In this document: piece by piece, positions 1-17,559 of the stretch
Numbering within the stretch: position 1 is the first letter of the stretch
Layout of the letters: each line of letters begins with the position of its first letter
Source: the human T2T-CHM13v2.0 reference genome, Homo sapiens
NCBI RefSeq assembly: GCF_009914755.1
Contig: NC_060936.1
Strand: one strand, 5' to 3'
Length of the DNA: 64,000 nucleotides
Made by a program: the position numbers and the translations under genes
Notes under the pieces: model-generated
What the model was told of the DNA's origin: nothing
Seen by the model: only the letters and a program-made list of their open reading frames with translations
The model's database searches: none

Positions 1-444
1 AGCGACAATTTCCCTATATTACGCTCCATTTTTCATTTGTTACTTGTTCAGATAATGAAATGAATATAAAAAGAGTGCCATGTTTTAATGCTTCATAGCT
101 TACAAAGTTATTTCAGAGATCTCATCTCACTTGTTCCTCAGAATAGCTTGGTGAGAATGAACAAATTAAACTACTTTGTAGCTCGCCAACGTCTCTTATT
201 TTATGAGATACATATGCTCTTACATTGTTCTATGCCTTTTGTACACCTAGCTCTCAAAATGAAATGTCTTAACCCCTCTGCCATATGAAATGCTCCTTAG
301 CAACCTTAAAGACTCAGCTAAAAAGTTATGTTTTATACAAAAGCCTTTTACTGCCTAATTTACTAGGCAGTAAATTAGGAAAACTCTCACCTTGGTCTTG
401 ACCCAATCCTGTATCACAACACTTAACAATTAAAAACAACAACC

Positions 445-745
<301 letters not shown>

Positions 746-2459
746 CCAACAACAACCCACATTCACTAAGGTGCTTACTAAAAGTCAATAAGCACTTTTA
801 TTATTTTATTAATTTATGTAATGTTCCTATTAATCCTAAGAGGTAAGTGGGTATAATAATATTTCTTAGCAGGAGAGTAAACAGACTCTCAGAGGCTTAG
901 TGTCACAGCCAGTAAGTGGCAAAGCTGAGATTTAAGAATGCCTGTGACTACTGCACTATACTGTTCTTATCAATATACCACTTTGCAATGCAGTGGTAAT
1001 ACAAGCGATATAATAACTACTGGCCAAATGTGGCTCCCACTTTGGCATGTGAGCGTCTTAGAACTGGGACTGGTGAAAAAGGAGAGCAATGGAGAAAAGC
1101 GATGAAGGATGAGACCCAAAAAAATCTCTGTCTCTTCCAATGACCTATATTATATTGTAGTGACTGTAGATAAGCAATATAATTTTGTTTAGAATTTATA
1201 AGGAAACAGTTAATTGAGCTGTTTAAATGTCAGAAGTTATTTTTGTTAAAAACTAGGAAGAAAGTTTCTTCAATTTTTCCATTATGTTTTTAAGTTTTCA
1301 AGGCTAGTAATTATAAAACACTGGTTTAAACCTGAAAACCTTGACATTAACACAAAAGCAATTATCTTTTCCATCCATTATATATTACAATGTTACCTAT
1401 CCACGTTGATACTACCTGTGACCCACAAAAGCTGCCCAGGACATTTCATGTAATAGCCTTCAAATGACCAAGTAAAGAGATTCCAAATTCAAAGCACTTG
1501 AAAATCACCACTGTCAATAATTATGGTTTACCAAAGACATGGGGTAAGGAGGGGTGAGAGAAGTAGATAGTGAGGATAATAAGAAAAGGCAGATGCAACT
1601 GTGGGCTTGCACTGACTGGTGACCAAATCCCAAACAGAGAAACCCTTTGGGAAAAACAAAACAAAACTGCAAAGTGTTAAATTTATGTAAGGCATTATTA
1701 AGATTAGTAGAAGGTCTTATTATTCCCTAATAAGAAATGTTCCAATTCTAACACAATAAAATAATCTTGATTCTATGTATTAATCATAAAATAGCCACAG
1801 GACTTCTTTCAATAATGTGCACGTGTGAATATACATACACACAACACACACAAAATGTGTGCTAGAGTATTTGACTGTACATTTCAGCTATCAATATCAA
1901 ATCATGTCCTTTATTAATAGCTTAATGTTTGAGAAACACATAATAACACTGATCATCAACACTCACTGCTTGCAAACTGCTACTCTACATATCCTGGTCA
2001 GCTTCCAAGAGATAGAAGGTAAGCTCTGGGTTCAAAGAAATTAAAAATCAAACAGAGGGACAAAGGCAAAACTAAATTATGTAGAAGTTTTCTACGTGTA
2101 GTTTGACAGGATATAAAAGGGGCGCAAGGATCTAGAGGTTTACTAGGGAAAAGCACAGCTATGAAAGATTATATTTTAAACATCAATCAACACCAAGAGT
2201 TGATGGGGAAAGGGGCAATGGTAAACTGGTATAATTACTTTGGAAAATAGCTGGAGGTCATCTAGTAAATCTGAGCACGTGTCTGCCCTACAGGACAGGA
2301 ATTTCACTTCGAGTATCTAACATAGAGAAATTCTTGTACTAATGCATAAGATTTATATATGAATGTTCATAGCTATAATATTTGAATATTTGTAGTAGCA
2401 AGAAAAATAAAAAATAGAAAGTATACATGGACCATTTCTCCTCCACACCAAAGTATAAT

Positions 2460-3410
2460 ACAGTTGTCATGAAGAAAAGTACTCATGTGATTGAGTTATA
2501 CTGAACTAGCCACACTTTTTTTTTTATGAAACACCACTTTTACTAGAAAGACCGACAGACTATTAATATTCGGACTTGAGTAGGAAGGGAATCTGTCACT
2601 TTAAAGAATAGAATTGATAGTATTTGTTGCCAGTGATAAAACTCAAGCTTTCAAATACAGCTTAGAATTTTGGAAAACATGTATCCACCACCATGAGCTT
2701 GACAGCTTCCTCATATTTAAAGCCTAATCTGAGATTGATGGTGATATTGACAAATGTGACTGTTTTTATATTGTACAATAAAATGTATCAAAATTTGGAA
2801 GATCTGAGTAACTCAGTGAACCAATATTTTCCACATGACTAATGCATGATCTTATAAAATCACGCACAGGAAAAGATCCACTCAAAAGGCAAGATAGATC
2901 AAATTTTAATGTTACAGTGTACAAAAAGTCCACTGACTCGGTTTCAGATTCCACATTGTAACTAACTTTTAAGACACTATTATCAAATTTGAGCACAGTG
3001 TCAAATAAAGAAAGCCACAATTATCTGAAAAAGTATTAAAATATTCCTTCCTTTTCCAACTACATATCTGTATGAGACTAAATTTTCTTCATATACTTCA
3101 ACCATATACTACAATAGATTTAATGTAAAGGCAGATATGAGAATCTACCTGTCCTATATTAAGCTAGACATTAAAGAGGTTTCCAAAAATGTGAAACATC
3201 ACAACTATTCTTGCTGAATTCTTTTGTTTTAGAAAATGGTCATTTTTCATAAGAAATGCTATTTATGTTAATATTTAATGAGTTAATGTTTTTTAAATAA
3301 ATTAATATTTTTAAATTACTTTTAAATTTCGATATGACAAGTGTCCATAGATATAACCTCACCCAAAAATGGCTCTTTGGAGTCCTTAATCATTTTGAGA
3401 ATGTAAAAAG
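2460..3410. mobile_element. Charlie1-like hAT transposon remnant
   Basis: AGTATTTGTTGCCAGTGATAAAA...TTAGAATTTTGGAAAAC...CCATGAGCTTGACAGCTTCC resembles Charlie1 consensus. Confidence 0.65.
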
Positions 3411-3424
3411 AAGTGCTTGCCAAG

Positions 3425-3680
3425 GGCAGCAAATTACCCTGAAACTTCATGGCAGCAAATTACCCTGAAACTTCATGGCAGCAGCCTAAAACAATATCTA
3501 TTATATCATATAGTTTTTGAGGGTCAGGAATCTAGAAGTGGCTTAACTGGGTGATTTCACCTCAGGGTCTCTCATGAGGTTATAGTAAGCTGCTGGCCAG
3601 AGCTACAGTTTCTGAAAACTTGACTAGGATTGGAGCATCTACTTTCAAGCTCATACACATGGCTGTTGGCAGGAGGTTTA
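3425..3680. mobile_element. MaLR (MLT1) LTR fragment with a 26-bp tandem duplication
   Basis: GGGTCAGGAATCT..GTGGCTTAACTGGGTG..CTCAGGGTCTCTCATGAGGTT motifs. Confidence 0.6.
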
Positions 3681-3924
3681 ATATTTATAGCTAATTATAT
3701 TTCTCTTTATTCCCTTATGCCCTATTTTTTTCTTTCTTGACTTTTTCCTTATTATATTTCACGAAAATGTTAAGTTATTACAACTTAACCAACACATTCA
3801 CATCTCTGAATAAAAGGGTTTCATAACTCTCTACTGCCCCACCACCAAAAAAGTAAAGACAAAGGGAAAAAGTATTAATATTAGTACCTCCCCTAACCCC
3901 AAACAAAATACTATATGTTGCTCT

Positions 3925-5960
<2,036 letters not shown>

Positions 5961-6067
5961 AAATAAGTCACATTGTACTATGCCAATATATTTTTTAAAG
6001 TATGTAAGATTAATATTTAAAATACATAAAATCAATTTGCTATTATATATAGCTTTAAAATTCTCAC

Positions 6068-6184
6068 CTGATTTTTTTGTGTTAATTCATTAACTGAACT
6101 TTTCAGTTTTTGTAGTTCCTGTACATATACAGCAACTTCCTGGGGGCCTTTGGCAAGTTCACTCCTTAGCTGGCTTATTGTGGC
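6068..6184 (-). CDS. EEA1: EEA1 coding exon 10 (ATISQLRSELAKGPQEVAVYVQELQKLKSSVNELTQKNQ)
   Basis: (ttttg)n ttag| acceptor, CAG|gtgaga donor; 117 nt, phase 0/0. Confidence 0.96.
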
Positions 6185-6769
6185 CTAACAAAACAAAACA
6201 AAACAAAAATTAAAGCAAACTAAATTGTTTAAAAGATAAAAAAAATGAAAGTATATAAAGGTTTTAAGAAAACAAATTTTTTGTTGTTGGAATTTTCAAT
6301 TTTGTTCTTTATCCTACCACCTATACTGCCACATTATGCTTTTTTCGGCTTACGACAAATTTTTACAATTTAACTAAGATGCATAACTTCATTTATTTAG
6401 TAATACATAAAATGAAAATCTGGCATCCTACTTTAAGTTTCTGAAGTATCAAATTGCAAACCTAAATTTACTGGTTCTTAAACTCTATACTTCAATCTTC
6501 CAGAATTTAAAGATAATATGCCAGTTATATCTACATTTCCTCCCAACTTCTATAGCATAAAATTATCCTTTTACTTTAAGACATGTATATACAAACATGC
6601 AACACAGAGCTTGATATTAGTGAATCATCTTTCTAAATTGTAAAGAAAATATCTTTGTCCAAAGAAGTTACCAAGCTGAAGTTATACACAGCTTCCTTAA
6701 GCTAGATCACTATATGGTCAGGTATAACCGTCAGGCATGAACTTGCTTTAGTGCATTTTAATTATTATT

Positions 6770-7053
6770 ATTTTTTTTTATACAGGGTCTTGCTCTGTCA
6801 CCCAGGCTTGAGTGAAGTGGTACGATCACAGCTCACTGTAGCTCTGAGCCTCCCCGCTTCAAGCAATCCTCCCACATCAGCCTCTCAAGTAGCTAGGGCT
6901 ACAGGTGTGTGCCATCACGCCCAGCTAATTTTTTTATTTTCTGTTGAGACAGGGTCTTACTATGTTGCCTAGGCTGGTCCCCAACTCCTGGGCTCAAGCG
7001 ACTCTCCCACTACGGCCTCCTGGGATTACAGCCATGAGCCACTGAGCCCAGCC
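6770..7053 (-). mobile_element. Alu (AluJ-like)
   Basis: Diverged reverse Alu. Confidence 0.85.
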
Positions 7054-10000
7054 CATTTTAATATTTTAAAAAATGTGAAAATCACTTTTTATTACTAAAG
7101 CAACAGTTTGATCATTTAAAAATAATATAAGACAAAGACAGGTAAGCAAAGATCTTGGAAATAATAAATTTCGAATACATAAAAGCTGAACCATTACAGA
7201 GAAAGACGAAGTATTTTTTTTTAAGTATGGTCTGCTGCAAATGACATTGACAAAATAACTTTCTATTATATTAATATTTCTAATATTGCTTATCGGCTTT
7301 ACTTTCCACTTTATTTATAAAGTTACAATCATTTCCAGTGTCTATTTCTTTATTACTGAATAAACTTTATAATATGAATAAGATACAAGTTTTAAATTTT
7401 TTCTTAATACTTATACTTATTCATATCATATATTACAAATGAGTGCTTTCATCTTCAAGGGAGAAATCTCAGAAGGCTACTAACTTATCACGGCAACAAT
7501 GCTATTATTTAAGAGATCATTGGCTGATCTTCTTTTGGAAACCCTTCCAGAGTGTGTGGAACTTATTTTTTTAAGGGATTCTCAGTGGTGGTGTATCCTC
7601 ATCCATTTTATGGTGGCTTTGATTCTAAGTTTTGGAAACCACCAAGTTTATAGGCAAGGTAAGTGACTGAACTGAAAGATCAAACACTTGGGCTTATTTT
7701 ATTTTAATAATTATTTTATTTAATAACCATTTTATTTTAATAACTTGGGCTTATTTTAAAAATCAGAAGGTAAGCGATTGGACTGAATGATCAAATTCTT
7801 GGGCTTATTTTAATAACCATAAATTAACAAAATTAGTTTTTTTAGTGTGTTCCAGATGGGCTAAAAGTCAATGAAAATAAGTTTCAAAAATGCTTTTAGG
7901 AATGGAATATGTCTGAGATATGTGCATGGCCTGACCTTTTTGGGAAAACATTCACTTAAAAGTACAAATTCTGATGCAATGAAAGGCAATCTGTAACATT
8001 ACCATATTGTTACACCTTATACACAGTGCTTCAGTATCATATGTAACAGCTGATATGTTAATATATACATAATCTTATACAATTCAAAGAAGAAAATGTT
8101 GAAATATTCATGTATTTTCAACTACACTCAAGTTAAAGGCCTACCCTAAAACCATCTGTCTTAAACTGAACATGTAACCTTGAAATGGATTTAGCTACTG
8201 TGAGTTTATTTCAAATTACTATTTCTAATAATTTTGAATCCCAAAATTATTTTGTTAGTAGGGTAACAATTTGACTATTTTAACTCACTATGTTTTAATC
8301 ATATAGCAAAAATGCCAATTTATTACAAAATAAAATATCACATTTAAATCCCTACTTGTAAATATCTTATCAAAAAAATTTGCACAGGTTCCTGGCACAT
8401 AACGCACAGAAATAATAACAGTATATATTAAAATGCAAATTATGTGTATATCTCATTAAATATCATGATTTCATATTGAAGTTCATAAAATTTATTAAGC
8501 CAAGTGTAAGGTCTATCTTGCTGATAAATTCCAACATGTAGAAATAAGAATTTCTAGTAAGAATAAGAATAGAATTTTCCTTATTAAATAAGGAAAATGT
8601 AAAGCAAACACACTCCAAAATATCCTATTTTAGAGCTTTTTTGTATCCTATTTTATAGCTTTTAGATATGCTCTTACTGTATAAGGTTAACAACTAAAAA
8701 ACTGGACATTAAGTGTATCATTTACACTTTGTACAACAAATTTGGATATTGTGAAAACTAAAATTTTTATATAGATAAATTCCAGCACTTGAAACTTTAA
8801 AATTTACTCAAGGGGACAATAAGGAAAGATTTGGGAAGACTTATACATCCAGAGGCCAACTTTAGTTATGAAGAAGAGGAGTGAGGAGAGTGAATTCTGG
8901 AAAGGCTTCCCCTTTTCTATTGCACATTATGAATCATTAATCTTTTACAATAATCACATATTATGTTTATATTTGGGGAAAAAATAAAGATTAAAGACAG
9001 ACAATAATTACAAAAGACAAAAAGTAAATACATTCCCTCTTCAGATATCACTATGGGTGAAGTTCAAAGATCTCTATTCATACTGACCTTCTTCTCTAAT
9101 AGGCCAAGATTGTATGTGCCTTGGACTTTAACCTTCTCCTGGGAATCCTAGCTCCCACTGCTTAACTCTGACTCTTGCTTATTTCATTCTTCTCACACAT
9201 ATCCTCCATGAGATCTTCCCCGACAACTCTAAAACTGTTCTAAAGTATTCCCACTTCCACTACCGCCCATATGCACTTTATTTTTCTTCCTCGCAGCCCT
9301 TATTATTACCTAGCTTTCTATCATGATTCAGTGTACTTGTACAGTCTGTTGTTTGATTTCCACAAAGGATTAAGCCTTATGGGAGCAAGCATTCTGTCTT
9401 ATTCAGTATTTTAATCCCCACACCTAAAGTAGTCCCTGACACTTGGAAGACCCAAAAAGACTCACTAAAGGAATGAGTAATTATACCTCCAAAGAGATAA
9501 TAGATATTTATTTCCAAGGAAACAATATATTAGATCCTATAAAAAGTTTGCACTTCCTTGGTTTTCTGAAATGTTATTGAATTCAATACTGAATTTTTAC
9601 TAAAAAACTTTACAAAATAAGGAAAGATATTTCAAGCAAACATCCTGCTGGTGCATTAGAATTAAAATTATTGTTTTAATATGCTACAACTATAAGTAAA
9701 TAATCATTTTAAAATGGTTGAAGCTATGCATGATTAGCAAAACAAAAATGAGCATGTCTTCAAAGCTCTAAGATTGCCTTAAAACATAAAATTGCCATAT
9801 AACAATTGAAGGTGACACATTAAGGGTATTATTAATATTAAAAAGCCTCCCAAAATCACATTACCTCAAGTTTAAGCATCTCCATTAGAAAGCAGAAAAA
9901 GTAATAACAAAATGGTGGATGAAAGGTGGCAGACAAGACTGACAAAAGTACACACTGAGTACATAATTAAAATGACCAAACATGCCTACACATCTAGTCT

Positions 10001-10555
10001 CTTAAAGAAGCATACTTTAAAAGATATTTAAATACTTTCATAGCTATGCATGGGTATAATCATACTTATTCCATATCTACATGAACATTTTAGCACTTAA
10101 AACTGGGATTCAATGAGTTTATTTGGAAAAAAGTAAAATTCTTTAAAAATCATTTCCATTAAATACTACACCAAATATAAGTTGATTACAGCTTAGATAT
10201 TTTCAATAATGTAGATTTGTATAAATATACTTTTTAACCTTTAAATCCTCAATTTCCAATCCATAAAACAGCCAATTATCTATAAAGAATTTTCAAATGC
10301 TTTAGAATGAGATATTTTCTATATGCCTTCAAAAATACCCAGGCAAAAAGAAGTCAATGAATTCATAAGGTATGCATTCAATGAAAATAATAAACACAAG
10401 GACATACATAGTTAATAATGTACACCAGATTATGTATCTTCAGCCCCAACTAGGTATACTAGTCAAATAAACATTTATTTGAGCTAAATGTTAAAACACA
10501 TATTCCTAAAATTGCCATTAATTTTGTTTGAAATAAATGTTTACTTGAGATTTTA

Positions 10556-10858
<303 letters not shown>

Positions 10859-12303
10859 TTAAAAATAAATTTTTAGCTTCTTTAATTCCTTTGTATGTGT
10901 TTTGTTTCTGATGCCAATATTTAGGTTTGGTAAAAACAGCAACATCCATAATAAAAATTGTTGTATTAAGTCCTATAATTCACTAACATACTTAATTGAA
11001 AATAACTAGAATTGAATTTTAATAAATTAATAAAACGTCATATATTCAGATTAAGGAAAAGCTAAAAAACAAATGCAGTTATAAACAAATAAATGAGATG
11101 AAGTAATTAGTAATTTTTTTCATATGGAAATGGTATGACACAACTCAAAAGTATTTTAAGCTATTACCCAATACAAATATTACAACACACAATATGGCAA
11201 AATTAGAAAAGTAATTAACAATAAGTTTTAGGACAAGATTAATAGCACAAATTTACTTAAAAGGCAATCATCAGACCACCTAAATTAGGAGACAACATAA
11301 TAAAAAGGGAATGACACAGGCTTTGGACAAAACCTGAGTTCCAACCCTAGCTTTTATATTAGGTGTGACCTTGAACAATTTACTTAATCTCATTGCCTCT
11401 CAGATTCCTCACATGTAAAACATACTTAATAGTTAACTTACAGGGTTATAAGAAACAAATGCGACCACGTTTTAAGTGCCTAACATAGTATCCAAAACCT
11501 ACTGGTGCTCAAAAGAGTAAGAGTTTGTTTCTAATAATAATATTATTCTGACTCTTAAGTTACCATTTCCTAAAGTTATTCAAAATATTTTAACATAGCC
11601 AAGGTCTCATTCATCACTACATATCTATTAATTAAATAGGTAATAAGTATTATTATTTTATTAAAAATATAATGAAATATTAAATCACCTATTCAGTTAC
11701 TCAGCACAAATAAGTTCCTTTCTAAATTTATTTCCAAATACTTGAAAAGATAAATTTTTATGAAAATTTAAATGAAGACACGAAGAACTGATTTCTAAGC
11801 CATTTTCCTTCTTTCCTAGAAATACCTTTTCTAGAAAAAAAAAAAAAATCACCATTTCTTACAAAGCCCTGTTTGCAGGAGGAGACGATGGAGGGAGACA
11901 CTAAATTCTTTCACCTCCCTATCTTGCATAACTCTAGTCATAGAATGGGTGTGGTGACTCACATCTTTAATACCAACACTTTGGGAAACTAAGGCAGAAG
12001 GATCTGCTTGAGGCCAGGAGGTCAAGACCAGCCTAAGCAACATAGCAAGACCCCATCTCTACCAAAAATAATTTGTTAAATAAAGAAAAACAAAAAAACT
12101 CTAATCATAGCTTTTTCATCTTAAATGACTTATTCTCCTTAGATATAAAGGTATTTTAATCTACAATAGAAATATAAATTCATAAAACACTAAAAATTCT
12201 TAAATAAGAATTTATTAGAGTAACTCTTAAATATTACTTAGAAATGAGTAATTCTTAAATTAGAGTAACTCCTAAATGTTACTTAGAAATGTCTTCCCAT
12301 TAG

Positions 12304-12626
<323 letters not shown>

Positions 12627-14010
12627 GTATTTTTTTTAAATGCAAGTAAACATGTAAATTTATTTTCCTTGTTAATGTTCTATTTGTTTAAAAAGTATAT
12701 GCATAACTCCAAAACTTGCAGCTGGAATAAGTCAGAGAGGACTCAACTTTAAAATACATATTCCTAAAACTGACATTAATTTGGTTCTGTTTTAGTCACC
12801 ATAATACATTTATTTTAAAATTTCAAATAGCATTTAAGATATTTTTTAATCAAAAGAGAGTGTATGTTTTTTTAATTTGAGAAATACCAATAGGCAGACA
12901 TATCTAAACAAAAATAGTTCTTACTGATACAAAGAAATAAATGACTGGGTTCACCCTGGTTTAGGTATTTTGACATTAACATCTGAATAGCACTTTTCCT
13001 CATGAGACTTCTTTGATTCAGCCTCTCCTTGATTTCACATTTGTACTTATAGATTTATCATTGTCTTCTGCTGATTAATAATACCAGTAGGACAAGAGCT
13101 TTTAACTGGCTTCAGTAAGTTCATGAACCACCTGAAATTGTTTGAAAATTTTTGGAATTAAGTGTTATTGGGCTACAAAGTGTCAATTTTGGAAAAACTG
13201 CATCCAAATATCATAAGTTAGAGAGTGTAGTGTTAGGCATCATAAGGCCTTACATGCCTATGTGTGTTATATCCACAAACTTTCACCATCTCTTCCCATA
13301 AGATAAAGAAAGATTTTTAAAAATGAATTAGACATGGGTTATCTATAATACTTATACCCCAAAGCTTGATGACATGTTATATTTGTGAATAGAGTGGCTT
13401 TTAGATCACCAGTTACAAAACTCTAAGGAAGAGATTCAAATTAAAATGTTACGGTAACAACTTTTTAAACTGAAAATATGAAAATCAGAGGTCTACTTTA
13501 CATAAGGGAGCTTAAAGACTACAAATAACAGTAGTCATAACAAAATGTCTCCTATAATAAAGTAAAAAGGACAAAGGCTAGGATTTTTAAGCACATTTAT
13601 GTATTATACATCTTAGAGTTTATTAAATGCTGACATATTATACAAGGGATTTACAGGCCAAAGTCATGTCATGTAAGAAATAGTAGAAGAACTGAAAATG
13701 TTTATCTTGGAAGAGAAATACTCCGAATAAATATGAGCAGTCTTCAAATACCTCATGTGGAAAGAGGAACAATTTATTCTGTGTAATTCCTAAGGACAGA
13801 ACCAGAACCAGCGCATGTAAATTACAGGGAAACAAATGTCAGCTCAATAAAATAGACTTAGGAAGAAATATGCACACCGTACACCACCTAGCAAGGATTG
13901 TGGATCACTTAGCAGGGTTGGCATAAAGGGAAGTTTTGGACTGAATTTAGACTAGTTCAAGACTTCTTTCAAATTCATAATTCAAAGTCCATCAATTAGA
14001 AATAAGCTTA

Positions 14011-14364
<354 letters not shown>

Positions 14365-14715
14365 CTAAACAAAATTGGTAATATAATTGTAGAAAATGCT
14401 ATCATTCTTCCTTTAAAGTCAATTACCATTTATCAACCAACCTTGAGTAAATTTAACCTTAAATATCATGTCAACAATATATATATTAAACAGAATAATA
14501 ATCTTTATGCAAATATTCCTGAGTGTCTAGCTTTATAAAGCAAAACATACTGAGAGACCACATTGACTATAAACAAATATTATTCAGATCAAAAATGAAA
14601 GAAAGACAAATATTTTGATAGGCCACTCAGAAAAATCTCAAATCCTGGCTTCACTCAATAGTATACACTACACAAGCTAATATGAATCACATTTAAGTAC
14701 AATGAACTTCATTAC

Positions 14716-14871
14716 CTCTGAGCTAGCATATTGTGACTGCAATTTTTTGCATTCATCTTTGAGTTTTTCAGATTCTCGCTCACGTTCCAAGGTCATGTTA
14801 TCCATTAGTGTTTGAACTTGGACCAGTTCTTTCTTTAGCACGGCAACATCTTCTATACCAGGTCTCTGAAG
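14716..14871 (-). CDS. EEA1: EEA1 coding exon 9 (LQRPGIEDVAVLKKELVQVQTLMDNMTLERERESEKLKDECKKLQSQYASSE)
   Basis: tttcacag| acceptor, GAG|gtaatg donor; 156 nt, phase 0/0. Confidence 0.96.
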
Positions 14872-15779
14872 CTGTGAAACAACACATTTTAATTAAAAAT
14901 TAAAGTGAAAAACTAAAATAATACACATTTTTAGAATCATTTCACTACAAAGGAATCAAAAGGGAAACAATCATCAATATCAATTTTTAGACTTCAAACA
15001 TTGAACACTGATATCTTCTCCCACAATAAGCCACTTCCTCTTCCCATCCTACCTCATATTTAATAGTATTAATACTCAAGGTGCTGTATAGTAAATTCAC
15101 AATTATCTTTACTACTTTATTTGTTTTCCTTCCCTTCACAAACTACATCTATTGGTCATAACAGTGACTTGAAAATGCTACATTCCTTCTTTTTCTATCC
15201 TACAAAACTGATAATAAAAATGAAGGAGCAAATGAAAGCATAGAGTTTGCTCCAGGTTGGATGTAGTTAATTTATATATTTATTGAGAGCTAAATAAAGG
15301 AAAGAAAGTCAAGGACAGATCCAAGATTATTAAGTCTTGGGAGAGTATTAGAGATGTATGGTTCCAATAACAGAAATACAGTAATGAGGAAACATGATTA
15401 CTTTGATTTTATACTTGTTGAATTTGAAATTAAAGCTAGAAATTCAACACAAAGTACCCTAAAAGCAGATGGATTTATAAAACAAACATGCAAGAGAAGA
15501 CCAGGATCAGAGATGCAGATATGAAAACTACTAAAATGACAGATGATATTTAGATAGAAACAACAAAAATGTTAAGGTAGTAAGTTACGTATCATAACAT
15601 TCCATTTTTATTTTAAAAATCATATACAGAATATATATGCAGGTGGTAGAATATAGGGAATTGCTTATTTCCTGATTTCACTCAAATTATATTTTTAAAC
15701 ATTTTCCTTCAGGGTATGTATTTTATTTTTAATTTAGAAAGGTATAAGAGTACATCTCAATAAATAATTCCTAAATTAC

Positions 15780-15901
15780 CAGTTCCGTCTTCAGATCTTG
15801 AATTACAGTTGCCTCTTTGTTTAATTCTTCTGTCAGACGTGTCACTTTTTGTTCAGCAGCTTCTCGAAGACTCCTTTCTTCATCATACTTTGACTTTATA
15901 T
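15780..15901 (-). CDS. EEA1: EEA1 coding exon 8 (DIKSKYDEERSLREAAEQKVTRLTEELNKEATVIQDLKTEL)
   Basis: taattag| acceptor, CTG|gtaatt donor; 122 nt, phase 1/0. Confidence 0.96.
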
Positions 15902-16516
15902 CTAATTAAAGATAGTTATATAAATATTAGTTTAAGGGGAGGACAGTTTTATAAGTTTCCATATATTACTCTGCATATCTGTATATCACTCTAATTCAAA
16001 TTCACATTCCTTAGATAACCATAAATATATACAGTAAATTTATACTTCTAATTACATGAAATGAACTTAAAATTAACTGTCTACATAAATTCCACTCAAC
16101 ATTAAGTTAATAATTAGCATTTTAATGTACTTAATCACATATTTTACCTAAAAGCACATGTTAAAAACATATATATGTAATAGTATAACCAAGTGTTACA
16201 TTTATACTACATTATTTACTTCACTTCTTTAAAATGTTCCTTTTTAATCTTTAAGCATGCCACAGAAGAAAATGTATCTTCTCTAAATTTCAAGAAGAAT
16301 CTACAAAGAAACACCAGTCCTTTGAAGGCAGGCAGCTAGAGGACAAACAAAATAATTTACATAGCAACTCTGAAATCATTAAATTCCATTAATCACCATT
16401 GGAAGTCTATCACAAATGCTTTAACACACTAAAATACTATATTTATTGCTAGGGTATATAATGGCAAAAAGGTAATGAGATTGATTTATTGGCTAAAAAA
16501 TTCTAACTCAATTTAC

Positions 16517-16630
16517 CTGCAATTTCAGTAGCAAGTTGGGCTGCTTTCTGTTCAAATAAGTCTTTCATTTGCTTAATATTAAAATTTTCTGTTTGGGCTT
16601 CTTCTAATTGCTGTTCCAAAGACTGTAGTT
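16517..16630 (-). CDS. EEA1: EEA1 coding exon 7 (ELQSLEQQLEEAQTENFNIKQMKDLFEQKAAQLATEIA)
   Basis: tttgtag| acceptor, CAG|gtaaat donor; 114 nt, phase 1/1. Confidence 0.96.
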
Positions 16631-17519
16631 CTACAAAAAAGTGTCGCAGTTATTCAAATACCATGTTAATTACATATGCTAAATTGTTATTACTTATATT
16701 TATTACAGTTGTAAAGATGATCAACTTAAGTTTATTATCCAATTACAAGTAGTATTTTGACACTTCAAGAAATTAAGTATATCTGCTTCACTTAAGGTAC
16801 AAATCATAATTTACAAACATACACTACAAATGAAATGAATATTTAGAATCACTGCTAAATAATCTATAAATATTTTATTACAAGTTATTTTGATTTCACA
16901 TTTCACAGTTATTTTCCCATATCCATCAAATGACCAAAAAGGAATACACCCCTTATCTTTTTTTTAAGAGATGGGGTCTCGCTATGTTACGGAGGCTGAT
17001 CTTAAATTCCTGGGTTCAAGCCATCCTCCCCTATCAGTATCCCAAAGTGTTGGGATTATAGGCATGAGCCACCAAGCCTGGCTCAAAAAGGAAAACATTC
17101 TGCTCCTCTGATAAAATTAGTTATAAAGCGGGATGTTGGAAATGGTTAAGATCTCAAGGCCTTTTAATTCATTAAAGTATGCAGTCAACTCCTAATACTT
17201 CATCATAAAGAAAATAAACTATCTTACTCTTAATATAGACTTAAAATTTCATTAAACAACCATATTAATGTAATATTCCAGAAGTTTCTTACTTCAAAAT
17301 ATAATGAACTAAAAAAACTAAACTTTTAGTTAACTGATTAAATTATGAAGTTCACATGTAACTCTCTACACCTAGAATATGACCATTATCTTCACTGTTT
17401 TAGAGTCATAAAGCATAACCATGAAACAAAATTCATTTGGCAGGCATCAAAGAAAAAGAAAGGAAAACAAATAAGAAGAAAAAGAAAACTGACAAAATAT
17501 CTGCTTTAAGTAAAGTTAC

Positions 17520-17559
17520 CTGCTGATGAATCAGTCACCAACCCATCAGGTTTGGCCTC
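17520..17559 (-). CDS. EEA1: EEA1 coding exon 6 (EAKPDGLVTDSSA)
   Basis: aattgag| acceptor, CAG|gtaact donor; 40 nt, phase 0/1. Confidence 0.94.

Noticed and set aside
12955-13075. Purine-rich minus-strand stretch resembling an extra EEA1 exon in intron 9
   Set aside because: Stops in all three frames after the candidate acceptor and no convincing donor
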